Shown here in pieces: positions 25,882 to 40,278 of a DNA stretch of 64,000 nucleotides. The stretch is from contig NW_027191455.1 of the NCBI RefSeq assembly GCF_011745625.1, positions 434,001 through 498,000 of the forward strand, read 5' to 3'. This DNA is from Cladosporium halotolerans. Its lineage: Eukaryota. Within the stretch, counting starts at the first letter, position 1. The number at the start of each line of letters is the position of its first letter. A program made the translations under genes and the position numbers. Below the pieces are notes generated by a model. That model ran no database searches and had not been told where the DNA came from. It saw nothing but the letters and a program-made list of their open reading frames with translations.

Positions 25882-28800
25882 ATGGCAGTACCTTCAATGG
25901 CTGAGGGAACGCACACTTTCCCTGCGATGGCGACGCCAGGTGGCATGCGTGCGAGCCCTATGGCTACACCGAACATCTCCAGCGCCAAAGGGAAGACTCC
26001 CATAGTGTCCGCGCCTGGCACATTAAATGGACCGCCGTCGGGCAACAACCACTCGATACCGCTCAGCGCAAGGCGGGCTGAGGCCTTGGACCTGTCTACA
26101 GTGCCACGAAGAGGCCAGCCGCGTCAACCCAGCGATGAGCCCAAGAAGAATCGTCTGTTCGGCATTTCCGACGCGCCGACTTTCAGACCGACCGAGGAAG
26201 AGTTTCGCGATCCGATGGAATATATGCGCAAGATTAGTCCTGAGGGAAGCAAATATGGAATCTGCAAGATCATTCCTCCCGACAGCTGGAATCCAACTCT
26301 TGCTATCAATACGGAGGTATGAATTGGTGTATGGAAACTTTTAGGGTTATATGCTAACACAATCGCTGCAGCGTTTCCATTTTCGCACACGGCGACAGGA
26401 GCTGAACTCCGTTGAAGGCGGCAATCGCGTCAGCCACGACTATCTTGACCAGCTCGCGAAGTTCCACAAGCAGAACGGTCACTCTTTAAATCGCTTTCCC
26501 AGTGTCGACAAAAGACCACTAGACTTGTACCGTCTCAAAAAGACCGTTGAGCGCAAAGGTGGCTTTGACACCGTCTGCAAAGCGAAGAGATGGGCTGAGG
26601 TTGGCCGTGATCTCGGCTACAGCGGCAAGATCATGTCTTCTCTTTCCACATCTCTCAAGAACTCCTACCAGAAATGGCTCCTCCCCTATGAGGAGTACCT
26701 GCGTCTAGCAAAGCCTGGCGTTCAACAACATCTAGAAATGATGAATGGCGGGCCTTTCACTCCCTCGCCAGGACCATCACCCGCCAAGAAGCCCCAGGGT
26801 GGAACACCTCTGGAAATCAAGCAAGAGACCCCCGCGGTTCAAGCGTCGAATTCTCTGAACGCTTCGATCTGGGGTCAAAGCCCTCAAGCGGCGACCGAGA
26901 GGCCAGAACCATCTCGTCCCGCCAGCACGACAGGCTTTACTCCAGTCAACGTTGGTGGAGGCTTCACCGCGGTCAACACACAATCTCCGACGCCAGGCTT
27001 CACTTCGGTCAACGGTCATGGCGGCATCCCACGTTCAAATCCTGGGACACCTTCGACTCCGATCCAGACACCGCCCGCGGTGAATGGTAACTCAACTGGT
27101 GGGCCTGCAGCAAACGGTGTCGCCGCAATCAAACGGCAGCACGGCGATTTGACGCCTGAAGAAACCGATGCATTCGGTCGCCGTAGCAAGCGGTTGAAGC
27201 GGGATACGCCGGTGATTGCAGGGAGCAACATGATCCATTCACGAATGGGAGCGTCACGGCCTCAACCTATGAGGGAGCGAAGCGAGTACCAACCAGGCGA
27301 AGTTTGCGAAGGTTGCGGTAAGCCCGACGAACCTGGAAAGCGACTCACCTGCGAGGAATGCGATCAGGCGTGGCATACGTACTGTCTCGATCCCCCCGTC
27401 AAGAGTGCGCCATCTAACGGTTGGATCTGTCCGCGCTGTCTGGTCGGAAACAACGAATATGGCTTCGAGGATGGCGACGTCTATTCCCTTGCCGGCTTCC
27501 TACGGAAAGCGAACGAGTTCAAACAGAACCATTTCGCGAATCTTCCTCGTCAATACACCCCTTTCAACGAACACAAACGCACTCTGGACGAACAGGACGT
27601 TGAGCGCGAGTTCTGGAGATTGGTGGACGATCACACCGATACTGTCGAAGTCGAGTACGGCGCGGATATACACTCGACAACGCATGGTAGCGGATTCCCA
27701 ACCATTGAGAAGCAGCCGAGAGATCCATACTCGACCGACCCTTGGAATTTGAACATCTGGCCCCTTGATAAGGACAGCCTGTTCCGCCATGTCAAATCTG
27801 ACGTCTCTGGTATGACAATTCCCTGGCTGTACGTCGGCATGGTTTTCTCGACGTTCTGCTGGCACAATGAGGATCACTTCGCATACTCTGTGAATTATCA
27901 GCACATCGGCGAGACCAAGACGTGGTACGGAATTCCAGGTGCGGACACCGAGAAGTTCGAGCTCGCTATGCGTAACGAGATGCCTGAGCTTTTCGAGAAC
28001 CAACCGGACATTTTGTTCCAGCTAGTCACTCTTGCGAAGCCGGAGAAGCTGCGACAAGCAGGTGTACAAGTCTACGCGATCGATCAACATGCCGGGCAAT
28101 TCGTCATCACCTTCCCCAAGGCGTATCATGCAGGCTTTAATCACGGTTTCAACGTCAACGAGGCGGTCAACTTCGCTCCAGCTGATTGGGAGCCTTTTGG
28201 AGAGGAGGGCATCAGACGGCTGCGTGCATTTCGCAAGCAACCTTGCTTTTCGCACGATGAGATGCTGCTCACAGCTGCTTCTGGCCCGTACTCCATTACC
28301 ACTGCCAAGTGGCTAGGTCCTGCTTTAGAGCGGATGCGTGAGAATGAGATGTATGCCCGGAAATTCTTCCTCGAGCCGGAGGAGGCCGAAGCTGTGTCGA
28401 CGACTGGCGAGGCCTACACAGGACCAAGATACCAGAAGCCCGCGGAGATCATCAACCCCGAAACGGAAGAGGAAGAGATCATCTGCACGTTCTGCAAATG
28501 TTACTGCTTCCTGTCACGCGTCGTCTGTACGAAGACGGGCAAGGTCATGTGTCTCTTGCATGCGGGCCACTTCGAGTGCTGTGACGCGTCCGAGACAGAG
28601 CGTTATTCTGGCCAATCGGGGGAGCACCAGCTGTGCTACCGCATGACGGATGCGAAGCTCGAGACGACTGTGCGCAAGGTCGTAGAGAAGGCGAACATCC
28701 CGGAAGTCTGGGCCGCTAAGGTCGACGCCGAGCTTGACGAGAATCCAAGGCCCTCTCTGAAGCACTTGCGCACTCTCCTCGCAGAAGGGGAGAGGATCCA

Positions 28801-31606
28801 TTACGACCTGCCGCAGCTTACGGACCTGAAACGCTTCGTCGAGCGGTGCAATGAGTGGGTCGAGGAAGCCACTAGCTACATCACTCGCAAGCAGCAGAAC
28901 CGACGCAAAAGCGAGAAAGTCTGGCGGAAGGGCAAGTCGCAAGCGGCAGAGCAGGAGGAGCGCGAAAAGGAGCTTCGCAATGTGGACAAGATTCACAGGC
29001 TTCTCGCCAAGGCCGATGAGATTTCTTTCGACTGCCAGGAGATTAACACTCTTCGCGAGCGGTCGGAGAATATCAAAGAGTTCCAACGCGACGCGGCTGA
29101 TGCCCTTGCGAACATTCGCACGAAGACCACGGAGGAGTTCGAGGAGTTGGTGCAGCGCGGCAAAGAGTTTCATGTCGATATTCCAGAGATTGATCAGCTC
29201 GAGTCTCTGCTCAAAAGGCTTCGCTGGGACGACGAGGCGCGTGCAAAGAGGCCGAACCCTGAGACTATGCGCCAGGATAACACTCTTGGCGACATCGCCA
29301 AGTTCATCCAAGCCGGTCTTGAGATCGGCGTGCCCGAGACAAATGCGGATATTCTCTTCTTCCGTGAGCACATCGCTCAGGGTGAGCTATGGGAGCAGAA
29401 GGCAAGTGAGTTGATGGCTGTCGAGCACGTGCATTACCAGCAGCTCGACGCGCTCTCGAGACAAGCCATCACGCTGCCCGTAAACGCGGAAACTTTGGCA
29501 CGCGTGGACAACATTCTCCGCAAGCAGCGAGAGGTGCAAGAAAGGATTGTGCATCTGTTAGATCGCACCAAGGATCCCGACTTCCGCAAGCGCCCGTTCT
29601 ACCGCGAGGTGCGAGACGTCATGCAGACTCTCGAGGAGCTGCAGAGCAAACCGCAAGGCACGATCGACCTGGAGAAGGAACAGAAGCGGCACGAAGACTG
29701 GATGAGGCGCGGCAAGAAGCTGTTCGGCAAGGCCAATGCACCTCTTCACATTCTTGGACAACATATGGACATCGTCAACGAGCGCAATGTCGCTTGCTTC
29801 GATCTTGCCGATACACCTCGCGGACCTGTTGAGCCCTCTTCACGCGCCAATAGCCCCACAGCGGATGGTATGGACAGGTTGACGGACGGAAGCAACTCTA
29901 GTAGGGATGTTTTCTGTGTCTGTCGACGTCCGGAAGCTGGCATGATGATTGAGTGCGAGCTGTGCCACGAGTGGTACCACGGCAAGTGTCTGAAGATCGC
30001 CCGAGGCAAGGTGAAGGAAGACGACAAGTATACATGCCCGATCTGCGACTGGCGCGTCAAGATTCCACGCGATGCTGCGAGACCGAAGCTTGAGGATTTG
30101 CAAGCCTGGCAAGAGGAGCTTCTCACTCTACCATTCCAACCGGAAGAAGAAGCAACGCTTGCGAGCCTTTGCGATGCCGGCCAGGCATTCCGCGACTTCT
30201 TAAGGCCCTATATCAACCCTATCGTAACCTCGGGCGAAGAAGTTGGTACGCTGCGCTTCCACTTGCGCAAGGTTGAGGGTGCAGACATCCTGCTCGCTTA
30301 CGAGACGAACTATCTTCGCCAGGAGCTGCACAAATGGGCACCCGTCGCGCCGGAACCGCCGCCACTCATCGAAGCGTCCTCTTCGACACGCAAGCCCCGT
30401 CCGACCAAGCAGCAAAAGATCATGGCCCAGCTTGGCATCACTAATCCCGACGACCTCCCGCAGCAATACAAGATCAAGCCCCATATTGCGCGTCGGAAAG
30501 CCTCTGAGGCTTTCGGTAAGAACCAGCTTCCCCTGCAGCCAGCGGGTACTGGCTCGTCGTCGCCAGCGCCGAATCCGCTCCAAGGTGCTACGCTCGGGAC
30601 CTTCCAAGCCGCCCCTAAGCCAGGTCTTACCGCGCTTGCCATTCAGGTTCTGGGCAATCTTGCTAGCATCCCGGTCGCCCAGAAGATGCTTGCTGCGGAG
30701 CCGCACATGAACAGAGAGAAGCTCGACAAGATGCGGCGTCTGCTCAGCGAAGACCCTAATATCCCTGACGACATCGAGACGTTCACTGCTCGCATGGCCA
30801 CGCTACCGCATATGCCCGCTTTTGGTTACGACATCAATCACAAGCCCTCACCTGTCGGCTCGTCGGGCCCTGGCTCGGCGTTCAGGGAGCAGAGCATGTT
30901 CTCTAACGCTGGCGCTTCGCCCTCAAATGGCGGCAACGGTGGTAGCCCATCGCTTCACCAACCTCGCCTTGCATCGCCCGCAACCTTCTCTCCAGCGCCT
31001 CAGTTCGGCGGCCACAACTCTCCTCCCTCTCCGAACTTCGGCACGGCCAATATGTTCGACAGCCCCGACGCCCACACAAGCGGCGCCGCTGACTTCAAGC
31101 CCACCGTTACCTCTCCCGAGAGCGAATATCCCCCGATGGCCCGCGGCGGCATGATGGGCATGGGCATGGGCATGGGCCTGTTCGAGAGCCCGCGCACTTC
31201 CGGCGCCCACGCGAGCGGCTTGGCGAGTCTCGCTCAGGCCGGCCTGCAAAGCCCCGGCTTCGGCGGCAGCCAGCAAGACGCCGGAGGCCTGGGGATGAAC
31301 GACGTCTTTGCCGACCTTGTTGACCACGACGCCGTGGGCCTGGACGGTGCGAACGATGTTAAAGAGAAGGACCCTGATGCCGTTGTCCACGCCTCCACCG
31401 AGGACCCGGCTGGGTCTTTCGCGCAAGATTCGAACATGGATCCCCAGCTCACGGCGCAGAATGGGGACCGCGACGCTGTCATGGCCGATGCTCCTCCCGT
31501 GGCTACGACTGAGTTGCCCTCTGCCGCTGACGCGGATGGCCCTCGCCCGGATGAGAGCGCTTCTGAGCCGGAGGTCGACGTCAAGGATGCCGCGCAGAGT
31601 TCGTGA
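25882..31606 (+). CDS. kdmB: JARID1/KDM5-family H3K4 demethylase (JmjN, ARID, PHD, JmjC, C5HC2, PLU-1, PHD); intron 26317-26371
   Basis: JmjN APTFRPTEEEFRDP..YGICKIIPP, ARID LDLYRLKKTVERKGGF, VEYGADIHST, FCWHNEDH, YHAGFNHGFN, PHD CVCRR..CELCHEWYHGKC. Confidence 0.96.
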
Positions 31607-32326
31607 ATGGGTCGCCTCGCTCACGACACCAACAACAACATGTACGAAATATGATTGCGAGGGGAGAATCGCTTCGTGGACGGCTTTTTTTTCTATGCTT
31701 CTGATTCTCTGGCTTTTGATTTTAAATAAATCCTTTTTCTTTTCCTATTTTACTTTGCTATCGATCAGAAGATGGAACGAGACCTTCCATGGACGACGCG
31801 GAAATGCACTCATCTGGACGGACTGAGCCAGTTCAGCTAGCTCAATGGTCTCTCAAAAAACCAGGGCGCAGTATCTATTATACCCTCCGTTTTCTGTGGT
31901 GGGAAGAAACGGAAATGGGAACAAATGGCTTTTTTTTTCCCAGGACCTTGCTCGTGCTTTCTCTTGCTCTTTGCTCGCTGTGCGCGTGTACTATGTACGT
32001 GTATCGGTACCTTAGGACTGTATGCAGGAGAAGGATTCTTGCTTTACCTGCTTCTCAGCTGAGATGCTCCGTGACAATGTTTCTGTTGGTCAAGCAGAGA
32101 CTTTGCATCGTCCGACACGTGGGCGTTGGCCTGACTCGTAGCGGATGACGTCTGAGGAGTTTGGGTACGATCGTGGCGTATGTGTATACTTTGCATGGGT
32201 GTTACACTCTGACAATCTATGTACCTTCGACGAACAAACCGATTTTCCGCTCAAACGGCTCCCAACGCTCCCGCTTTTCCATTATCTAGATGAGCGGTCG
32301 AATAGCGACTTTTGGAGCCGCTAAAT

Positions 32327-32357
32327 AGACGTGTACTGCAGCGATGAGGTTTTGCAA
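32327..32357 (+). repeat. Left terminal inverted repeat AGACGTGTACTGCAGCGATGAGGTTTTGCAA
   Basis: Exact reverse complement of 35251-35281. Confidence 0.97.
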
Positions 32358-32760
32358 TGAGGTTTGCAATATTATTCGGATTAGGCATAGTTAGATCCAT
32401 AATATAGCCTTTAGCGCTTGGTTTTATCATCGCGATAAGGTTAAACCTTATCGCGATAAGGTTTCTGAAAGAGGTATAGCTACTAAGAGATCCTAACCGT
32501 AGGCGTTAGTAGTAGTATAGTATTCTTAGTAGTAGTAGTAGTAGTAGTTATCCTATAGATCTAGCAGATAGTGATAATAAAACGCTATAAAGCCTCTAGA
32601 TCCGTTACCGTCGTCGCGTATATTATAGTAGCAATAGGAGTTAATACTACCGCCGCTAGTCCTACCGCTAGCGACCCCTACGTCGTTATCCGCCCTATTA
32701 TCATAGTTAGTAACTCCTATACTAGCTCGATTAACCTCGCGGTATACCACCTCGTAGTAG

Positions 32761-33590
32761 GTTCTATCCGCGTCACTAAGAAGGGATACTAACTACCTTC
32801 CTAATCTTACTAATACGTAGAAGGACGCCTTTATACGTATTACGCTTAGCTATATAGAGATACGCTATAGTAGTAGAAGTAATAAAGAGTACTAGGAGGT
32901 CGTAATAGCCGATTTTAAAGCGTCTCTTAGTAGGCTATTACCTTTATTATAAGTAGTCGTACTATAGCTTAAGAGGTAATAGCGTAAGATCTTTAATAAA
33001 GAGGCGTCCGGATTAGGTATAGAGAATAAAACCGACCTATAGTAGACTATAGTAGAGTAGATTAAACTACGCGATATAGAGATCCGTCAGTAGGAGAAGG
33101 ATAAGGAGCGATAGCGTACTCGTTAAAAGGATATAAACGCCTCTAAGGTTACGTAGCGTAATATAATAAGGAGAATAAGTAATAAGGAGCTATAATAGGG
33201 CCCTATAAGCGTACCTTTAAAGGATAACTTTAAAAAGAGTAGTAACGACGATAAGAATCCTATCGCGCTAGGTAATAATAATAAGGAGGTACTAGGTAGT
33301 AAGGTAAGGCCGCGGCTATCTAAGAGGCTATCGTCGCGAAGTAGTAGTAGTATAACAAGCGTAGTAGAGATAAATATACGTCGTTATAAGTAGGTTAACT
33401 AAATCTTTAAATTAACTATAAAGAGGTAGCGTAAGAACGATAAAGAGACTAAAGAGGCTAGCGAGAAGCGGTTTAAGGCGTTAGAGTAGAAGCTTAATAC
33501 GATAATAGAGCGGCTAGAGTATCTATAGTAGGGTCGTAGTAGTAGTAGTAGTAGTAGTAGTAGAGGTAGAGGTAGAGGAGCTTACCGCGT
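32761..33590 (+). pseudogene. RIP-mutated Harbinger accessory (Myb/SANT-like) ORF, boundaries approximate
   Basis: One frame reads LTNT*KDAFIRITL..NKEY*EVVIADFKA..SGLGIENKTDL**TIVE*IKLRD, then a charged coiled region. Stops fall at expected Trp/Gln codons (TGG/CAG to TAG). Confidence 0.6.
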
Positions 33591-33966
33591 ATATAACTCC
33601 TTTAATCGATCCACGGTTAACGAATTTAGTAACCTAGTACGCGATTTTAGCCTTAATTAGGATATTATATTACTTAGCTATCTATTAACGAATCTCCTTT
33701 AAAATAAAACGTCTTCTATATAACTACTACTACTTCCTTTAGCTTAAATCCTATTCTAGAAGGTAGATTACTTATAGAGCTATACTATTAGAAGCGTAAC
33801 CTTGATATCGAATACTTAAGATACGATCTACGGACGCTCCCGCTCTATAGATCGAAGGTTATTAAATAAGTAAGAAGATATATAGGTTCTATAAGAGTTA
33901 GAGCTAGGTAGTAGGATCTTATATAATTTTTAGTAAGGATTATTACGTAAGGCTTATCCTTTAACG

Positions 33967-35100
33967 CTAAGTAGGTAAGAGGTACTCTTTAAGACTTAGT
34001 AGCAAATAATTATACTTCCTTAAGGTCTAATTCCTTCTTATATACGCCGCGTAGTTATTTAGTAATACCGCTACCTTAAAGAACGTCCTAACCGCTTACG
34101 AACTAAGCCGTAGGCCCTTCCGAAACGCTATATACGTCTACCTCTAAAACGACTCGCTAAATATATACTCTATACTAATCTAATACTTCGCTAGTAACCT
34201 ATTAAACTACTTCTATTTAGGTAGTAGATTACGACGACTAATACCGTAGCTAAAGGGCACTATAGTACTAAAGCTACTATAGTAGGCTAGATTACCGTAT
34301 AGATATAACCGCTCGTAGCGCCCTTTAACGTACGATCCTATTAGCCTACGTATACGACGATCGATACGGCTCCCTCTAAATATCGCCTAGTCGTTATCTT
34401 TACCGCTTTAAGGACCCTTAAGGGAGTATATAAGGCTATTAGGCGTTACGATCGCCTAGAACTTTAATCCATACGCTTTATAGTACCTTAAGTATTATAA
34501 TCGCTAACCTCTCGTAGGCCTTAAGGTATCCTAGAAGTAACTATTAATAAAACCCTATATATTATATAGGCCTCCGGTATTATAGATTATATTAGCGAAT
34601 AGCGTTAGCTACCTATACGACCTTAGCTACGGATACTACGCTAATAGATCTCCGAACGTAATAATAAGGTAATCTACTATATCGGTAAATATATTAGATA
34701 AGAAAGTAGGGCTCCGACCGAAGACTATATAAAGATCGCTCTATTACGTAGGATAATATAGCCTCCGGAGTAATATATAGATTACGAGTATAGGATCTAG
34801 CTAATTACGAAACCTATATTCTACCTCTTCGATCCTTAGGTATACGATAAGCTAGTATATTTCGTCTTTAGAGAACCTAGGAGCGACGGTAGTTATTATT
34901 ATTATAGTACCTTACTTTATATAGCTTATTACTACTATACCTCGTTATCTTCTTATACCGGCGCTCGGTCTAATTACTTAACTGCTAATACCGCCTCTCG
35001 TAATCCCTTTACGCTACGTAGTAGCGACGGTAGCGGCATAGTAGAGATACTTCTTTATCATCCTAATTAACTAATAAAAGAAGTAATAGGAGGTTTAAAT
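33967..35100 (-). pseudogene. RIP-mutated Harbinger DDE transposase (DDE_Tnp_4-like), 5' end approximate
   Basis: From 34560 down the frame reads I*GFINS (de-RIP IWGFIDG), YGLKF*AIVTPNSL (HGLKFQAIVTPDGL), LYGNLAY (LYGD.AY), ISIEYIF (ISVEH.F), RN*T..LLSLKEYL (GNQT..PPSLEEYL). The first and last motifs are in the same frame. Confidence 0.88.
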
Positions 35101-35250
35101 CTATAGATAATAACACCTCGAACACGGCTATATAGCTACACGGTAGCGACGCGCGTTACGCGTTAAAGAACGCGATAATACCACGTTAAGAGGCTAATCC
35201 GGCGCTATACCATAAATAGCTGCTAATCCTTTTATCATCGTTATCATCAT

Positions 35251-35281
35251 TTGCAAAACCTCATCGCTGCAGTACACGTCT
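35251..35281 (-). repeat. Right terminal inverted repeat
   Basis: TTGCAAAACCTCATCGCTGCAGTACACGTCT followed by AAT. Confidence 0.97.
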
Positions 35282-36134
35282 AATGTCCCCTCAGTAGTAC
35301 TGCAGATAGGTGCAACATGAAGTCGCAACCCAACGCCCGGGTGCCTGCCCAATGGAGCAACAATCAAAAGTCCGATTCCCAGTAGCGCCTGATCGAAGTA
35401 AGTCGATGTGTTGACTATCTCGTCAGGTGAACGCCTAATGCGTAAAGTTCGGCGCGAACTTCTGCACAAGGACGATCAACTGCAAACATGCAAACGCCCG
35501 GCCAGTGTTCTGTCCACGAGTAGAGCCGCACCGCCAAGTCAAACCGTATCAGAAGCGGCGTAGGGCTTCTGCAGTCGGTTCGACTTGGCGGAACGGCCTC
35601 TAGCCCAAGCAACAAAGGCCGCCCGAGTCGGAGGGTGCTTCGACGACACTAAGGGTGGCGCAGCAGATGCTTGGCTCTGTAGGCCCTCAGGTACGGAAGA
35701 CGGACACCTGCATACTGCAGAAGCCCTCCCATTAAAATGTAGATGGACCCTTGCTCCTTTTCTCCACAAATCACACACCGCGCGATACCCTTTCTTGCGC
35801 GCGAGCTGGAGTGTTTCATGTCGGGCCTCGCGTAGCTCTGGCCGAGCGCTCTGGATGGTGTTTCTGCGTCTCACCGAGGGCACTGCACGTGGTGCTCACT
35901 AAGGGCACTTTGTGATGCCAATGCTATGCATATTGTCGTGACGATCTCGGTGACATGCTGTTTGGCTGGGCGAGCTGGGTTTGTTTCGACGGCGTGAGGG
36001 ACGAACAGTATATATACGATCAAGGACGTCGCCTCCAAAGAGACTCCTAGACCAGAAAACCACAACTTCTTTTCTTTGCAACTTTCACTTCCAACAAAAG
36101 ACACATCACATCTCTTCTTCGACTATCGTTCAAG

Positions 36135-36997
36135 ATGCACTCCTCCAGCTTCATCACTTTCCTCGCGGCTCTCCCTGCCACCCTTGCCTGCCTTGACGGC
36201 GCCATGCCTTCTTCGACTGGTTCGAAGTCCTTGGATGAGCCTCAGTACATCGGTGAAGGAGAGACCTTCGACGCCAAGTTCGTTACTGTATGTCGCGATG
36301 CATCTCATTCTTGTCGGCCAATCACTGACATTGTCATCTAGTACGACCGTGGAACTCCCTGCGGTGGCCAGGGTGAGGGCGGTGAGGCTGACACCGTCTT
36401 CGTCCTCGAGGACGGCGCGACCCTGAAGAACGTCATCATCGGTGCCGACCAGGGCGAGGGTGTCTACTGCCTTGGCTCCTGCAACCTTGAGGTGAGACTA
36501 CGCCGTGGTATCGACAACGAGAATGACTATTTCTAACTCTTCCAGAACGTCTGGTTCGAGGACGTCTGCGAGGACGCCATCTCCATCAAGGGCGACGGTA
36601 CCGGTAAGTCCAAGCAACTCCCCTGCAATGACGAGAGACGAGAAAAGCGGCCGCTAACACGCCAGCAGCCAACATCAGCGGCGGCGGTGCCTTCCACGCC
36701 GACGACAAGGTGATCCAGCACAACGGCTGCGGCAGCGTGAACATCGAGAACTTCTACGCCGAGGACTACGGCAAGGTCTACCGTTCCTGCGGCAACTGCA
36801 GGGACAACTGCGCCCGCAGCGTCAGCATGACCGGCGTCACCGCCGTCGACGGCGGCGAGCTCATGGGCATCAACCCCAACCTCGGCGACAGGGCCACCTA
36901 CTCCGACAACTGCTTCCCCAAGACCCAGTGCCAGGCCTACGAGGGCTGCGACAAGAGCAACGGCGACTGCGAGCCGGAGAAGGCTGGCGAGTGCTAA
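36135..36997 (+). CDS. Secreted pectate lyase, polysaccharide lyase family 3; introns 36288-36341, 36492-36545, 36604-36668
   Basis: Signal peptide. [60 protein letters not shown]. Confidence 0.95.
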
Positions 36998-37553
36998 ACG
37001 GATCGATATAAGCGATATCAGGGATGAACTTGGCTGTGATCGTCTGCGACGACCAGCTGGGGGCTTGTTGATGTGTTTTTGATTCGTCCTGGAGACTGTT
37101 TCGTGACCTGTAGTGTTACTTAGACCAAGAATAAACCATCAGTGGGAAACATCCTTTGCCACACGAGGCTCCATTGTGGCGATTGAGTAATTGTTCAGTG
37201 GCCTGATACGAGAGTCAGACGGAGCAAACAAAAACTAAAACGCAAAGAGGCGTGAGATCCGTTGTGTCAAATTGGCCTAGGAGATGCGTGGGCAATCGAT
37301 TGGGTGATCAGAAAGGGGATTCTGCGAGGAAGCCAAAACATTGTGGTACAACCGAGGAGCGAAAGACATAAGACATCTCTTGAGGCGGTTCGAAGCGCGA
37401 AATCGTCTATTGTTCGACCAAGGGCTATGCACTTTTGTGAGTTTGCTGCCGTCGTCGGCAAGCCATGTCCCGCATCCATCGCTCAATACCACCATCCGGC
37501 AAATTTGCTCCAGACTCCTTGCTAAAGTTCCATGACAAACAAAACCATTTCAT

Positions 37554-38613
<1,060 letters not shown>

Positions 38614-38907
38614 TCAAGCTCCATTGCTAGCGCCGGCGATTACCGAAAGCTGGGGAACTGGTTGCGATCGCCTGCCTCGGTTGATACTTGCTCCGATAAG
38701 CAGCGCATGACAGGAGCGCATGATTAAGATAGCAGAGAGGGCGTTGTTCATAGCACACGTAATACTTGCTGCTGATGTGAGGATTTCTTAGACAATAGAT
38801 TCGATAGCAGAGACCCGCCGGACCCCCAAGCGCCACTGAATCAATCCACATTTCCAGTGTTTTTTTGAGCATCCTGCCCCAGTTTTGGACTGTCGCGCAA
38901 CCTAAGA

Positions 38908-40091
38908 ATGTGTCGGTAAGCGAAAGAATGATCAACCTGAACGAAGTTACGGCTAACAGACATTAAAGCTGGTTCGCGTATATCTCACCAACAGAACCTT
39001 GCCTTCTGGAGGATGTCATTGTCTCATCAAAGCATTCCCTTGTCAACCAAGTTCATGAGCATTACCTGCCTGGGCTGGTGGCACATGATCCTCGCGATAT
39101 CTCCAAAGACCATCTCATCACTGCCCGCAATGTGATCTATAACATTGATGGTGTCGGCATCGTCTGGTACACATCATCTAATGCCGACTTCGAAAGGGGC
39201 GATACCGGCGAATCAAACGATGGCACGCAGAAAGAAGGCCTCAGACCTGCGATGTACAAGAGTCTTCAGCCTCCTGCAAACGACTTGAACTTTCGATCGA
39301 TCTGCAGCAACACGGAAACGAGGGTGTTGATGGCTCACATCCGGGCCGCCAGTGGGACACCGATCGTCCCCGTCAACAACCATCCTTTCATCTTCGGACG
39401 GCATAGCTTCATGCATAACGGAGCTGTTACTAGTTTCTCCCTTCTGAAACTCGAGCTTTGCCAGAAGATGAGTAAAGCTGCGTACCATCTGATCAAGGGT
39501 GGCACTGACAGCGAACATATGGCGGCACTCTACGTCTCTTTCTTGACGAACTTCGAGGATGAGATCGCCTTGGAACGCGAGTACAGCGTGGAGCAAATGA
39601 CGACTGCTCTGAATGCTACCGTGACGACGATTCTCGAGCTTCAACAGGCCATGCTAGGCTCGAAGATGCAGCCGAATAGTTTGAATCTCTGCGCGACTGA
39701 TGGCGTGAAGATGGTTGCTTGTCGATTCAGAAACCACGAGACGCAAGAGCCGCCATCACTGTGAGTGGTTTCATGTTATTCAAGATTTTGCCATCGTACC
39801 TTTTGACATTTTTGATCTAGATATTACTCGACCACCGCCGGCACAACCTTGAACCGCAAGTACCCCGACAACCCCGACGGAGCCCCAACGCCAAACCGCT
39901 ACACCGGCAAAGCCGTCGAAGATCACGGCAAGCACATCATCATCGCCAGCGAGCCCAGCACCTATAAGGAAAGTGAATGGCATCTTATCCCTCGGAACAG
40001 TATAGTGATTGCGAGTGGTGAGAATGGTGTCGAGATCAAGCCTGTTGTATACAAGGCCGAATGGGATGCGGAGGATTCTACAGTCTACTAG
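38908..40091 (+). CDS. Class II glutamine amidotransferase / Ntn-hydrolase, DUG3-like; introns 38916-38968, 39761-39820
   Basis: Spliced start MCRWFAYISPTEPCLLEDV with catalytic Cys2. NIDGVGIVWY, AHIRAAS, NNHPF, FMHNG, GGTDSEH, IIASEPST. Confidence 0.9.
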
Positions 40092-40278
40092 CGTTGATGA
40101 GATTGCACGACCTATATTTTTCATGAACAGCATTTTCTTTTCTTCGTAGCTACCTAATTGATCAGGAGGGCGCATTACACGTGCTAGACCCAACCTGCAG
40201 TAACGGTAGCAGCGTACGCAAGTTGCTCCTCCCAGCTGAGGAGCAGTACGTACCCCGAACGTGGCAAAAGCCCTGATC

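Larger units (their letters stand above)
32327..35281. mobile_element. Full-length PIF/Harbinger-superfamily DNA transposon inactivated by RIP
   Basis: Perfect 31-bp TIRs, AAT duplicated on both sides (32324-32326, 35282-35284). AT-rich interior nearly devoid of CA/TG and rich in TA. Contains two convergent decayed ORFs (Myb-like and DDE transposase). Confidence 0.93.

Noticed and set aside
33536..33575. (AGT)n and AGAGGT repeats, also (AGT)n at ~32528-32548, as independent microsatellites
   Set aside because: They lie inside the RIP'd element and are best explained as mutated low-complexity codon runs.
32326..35282. Reading the transposon as Tc1/mariner/pogo with a TA target duplication
   Set aside because: TA does flank a 30-bp repeat, but a 31-bp TIR with direct AAT repeats fits equally, and the relic transposase and two-ORF layout are Harbinger-type.
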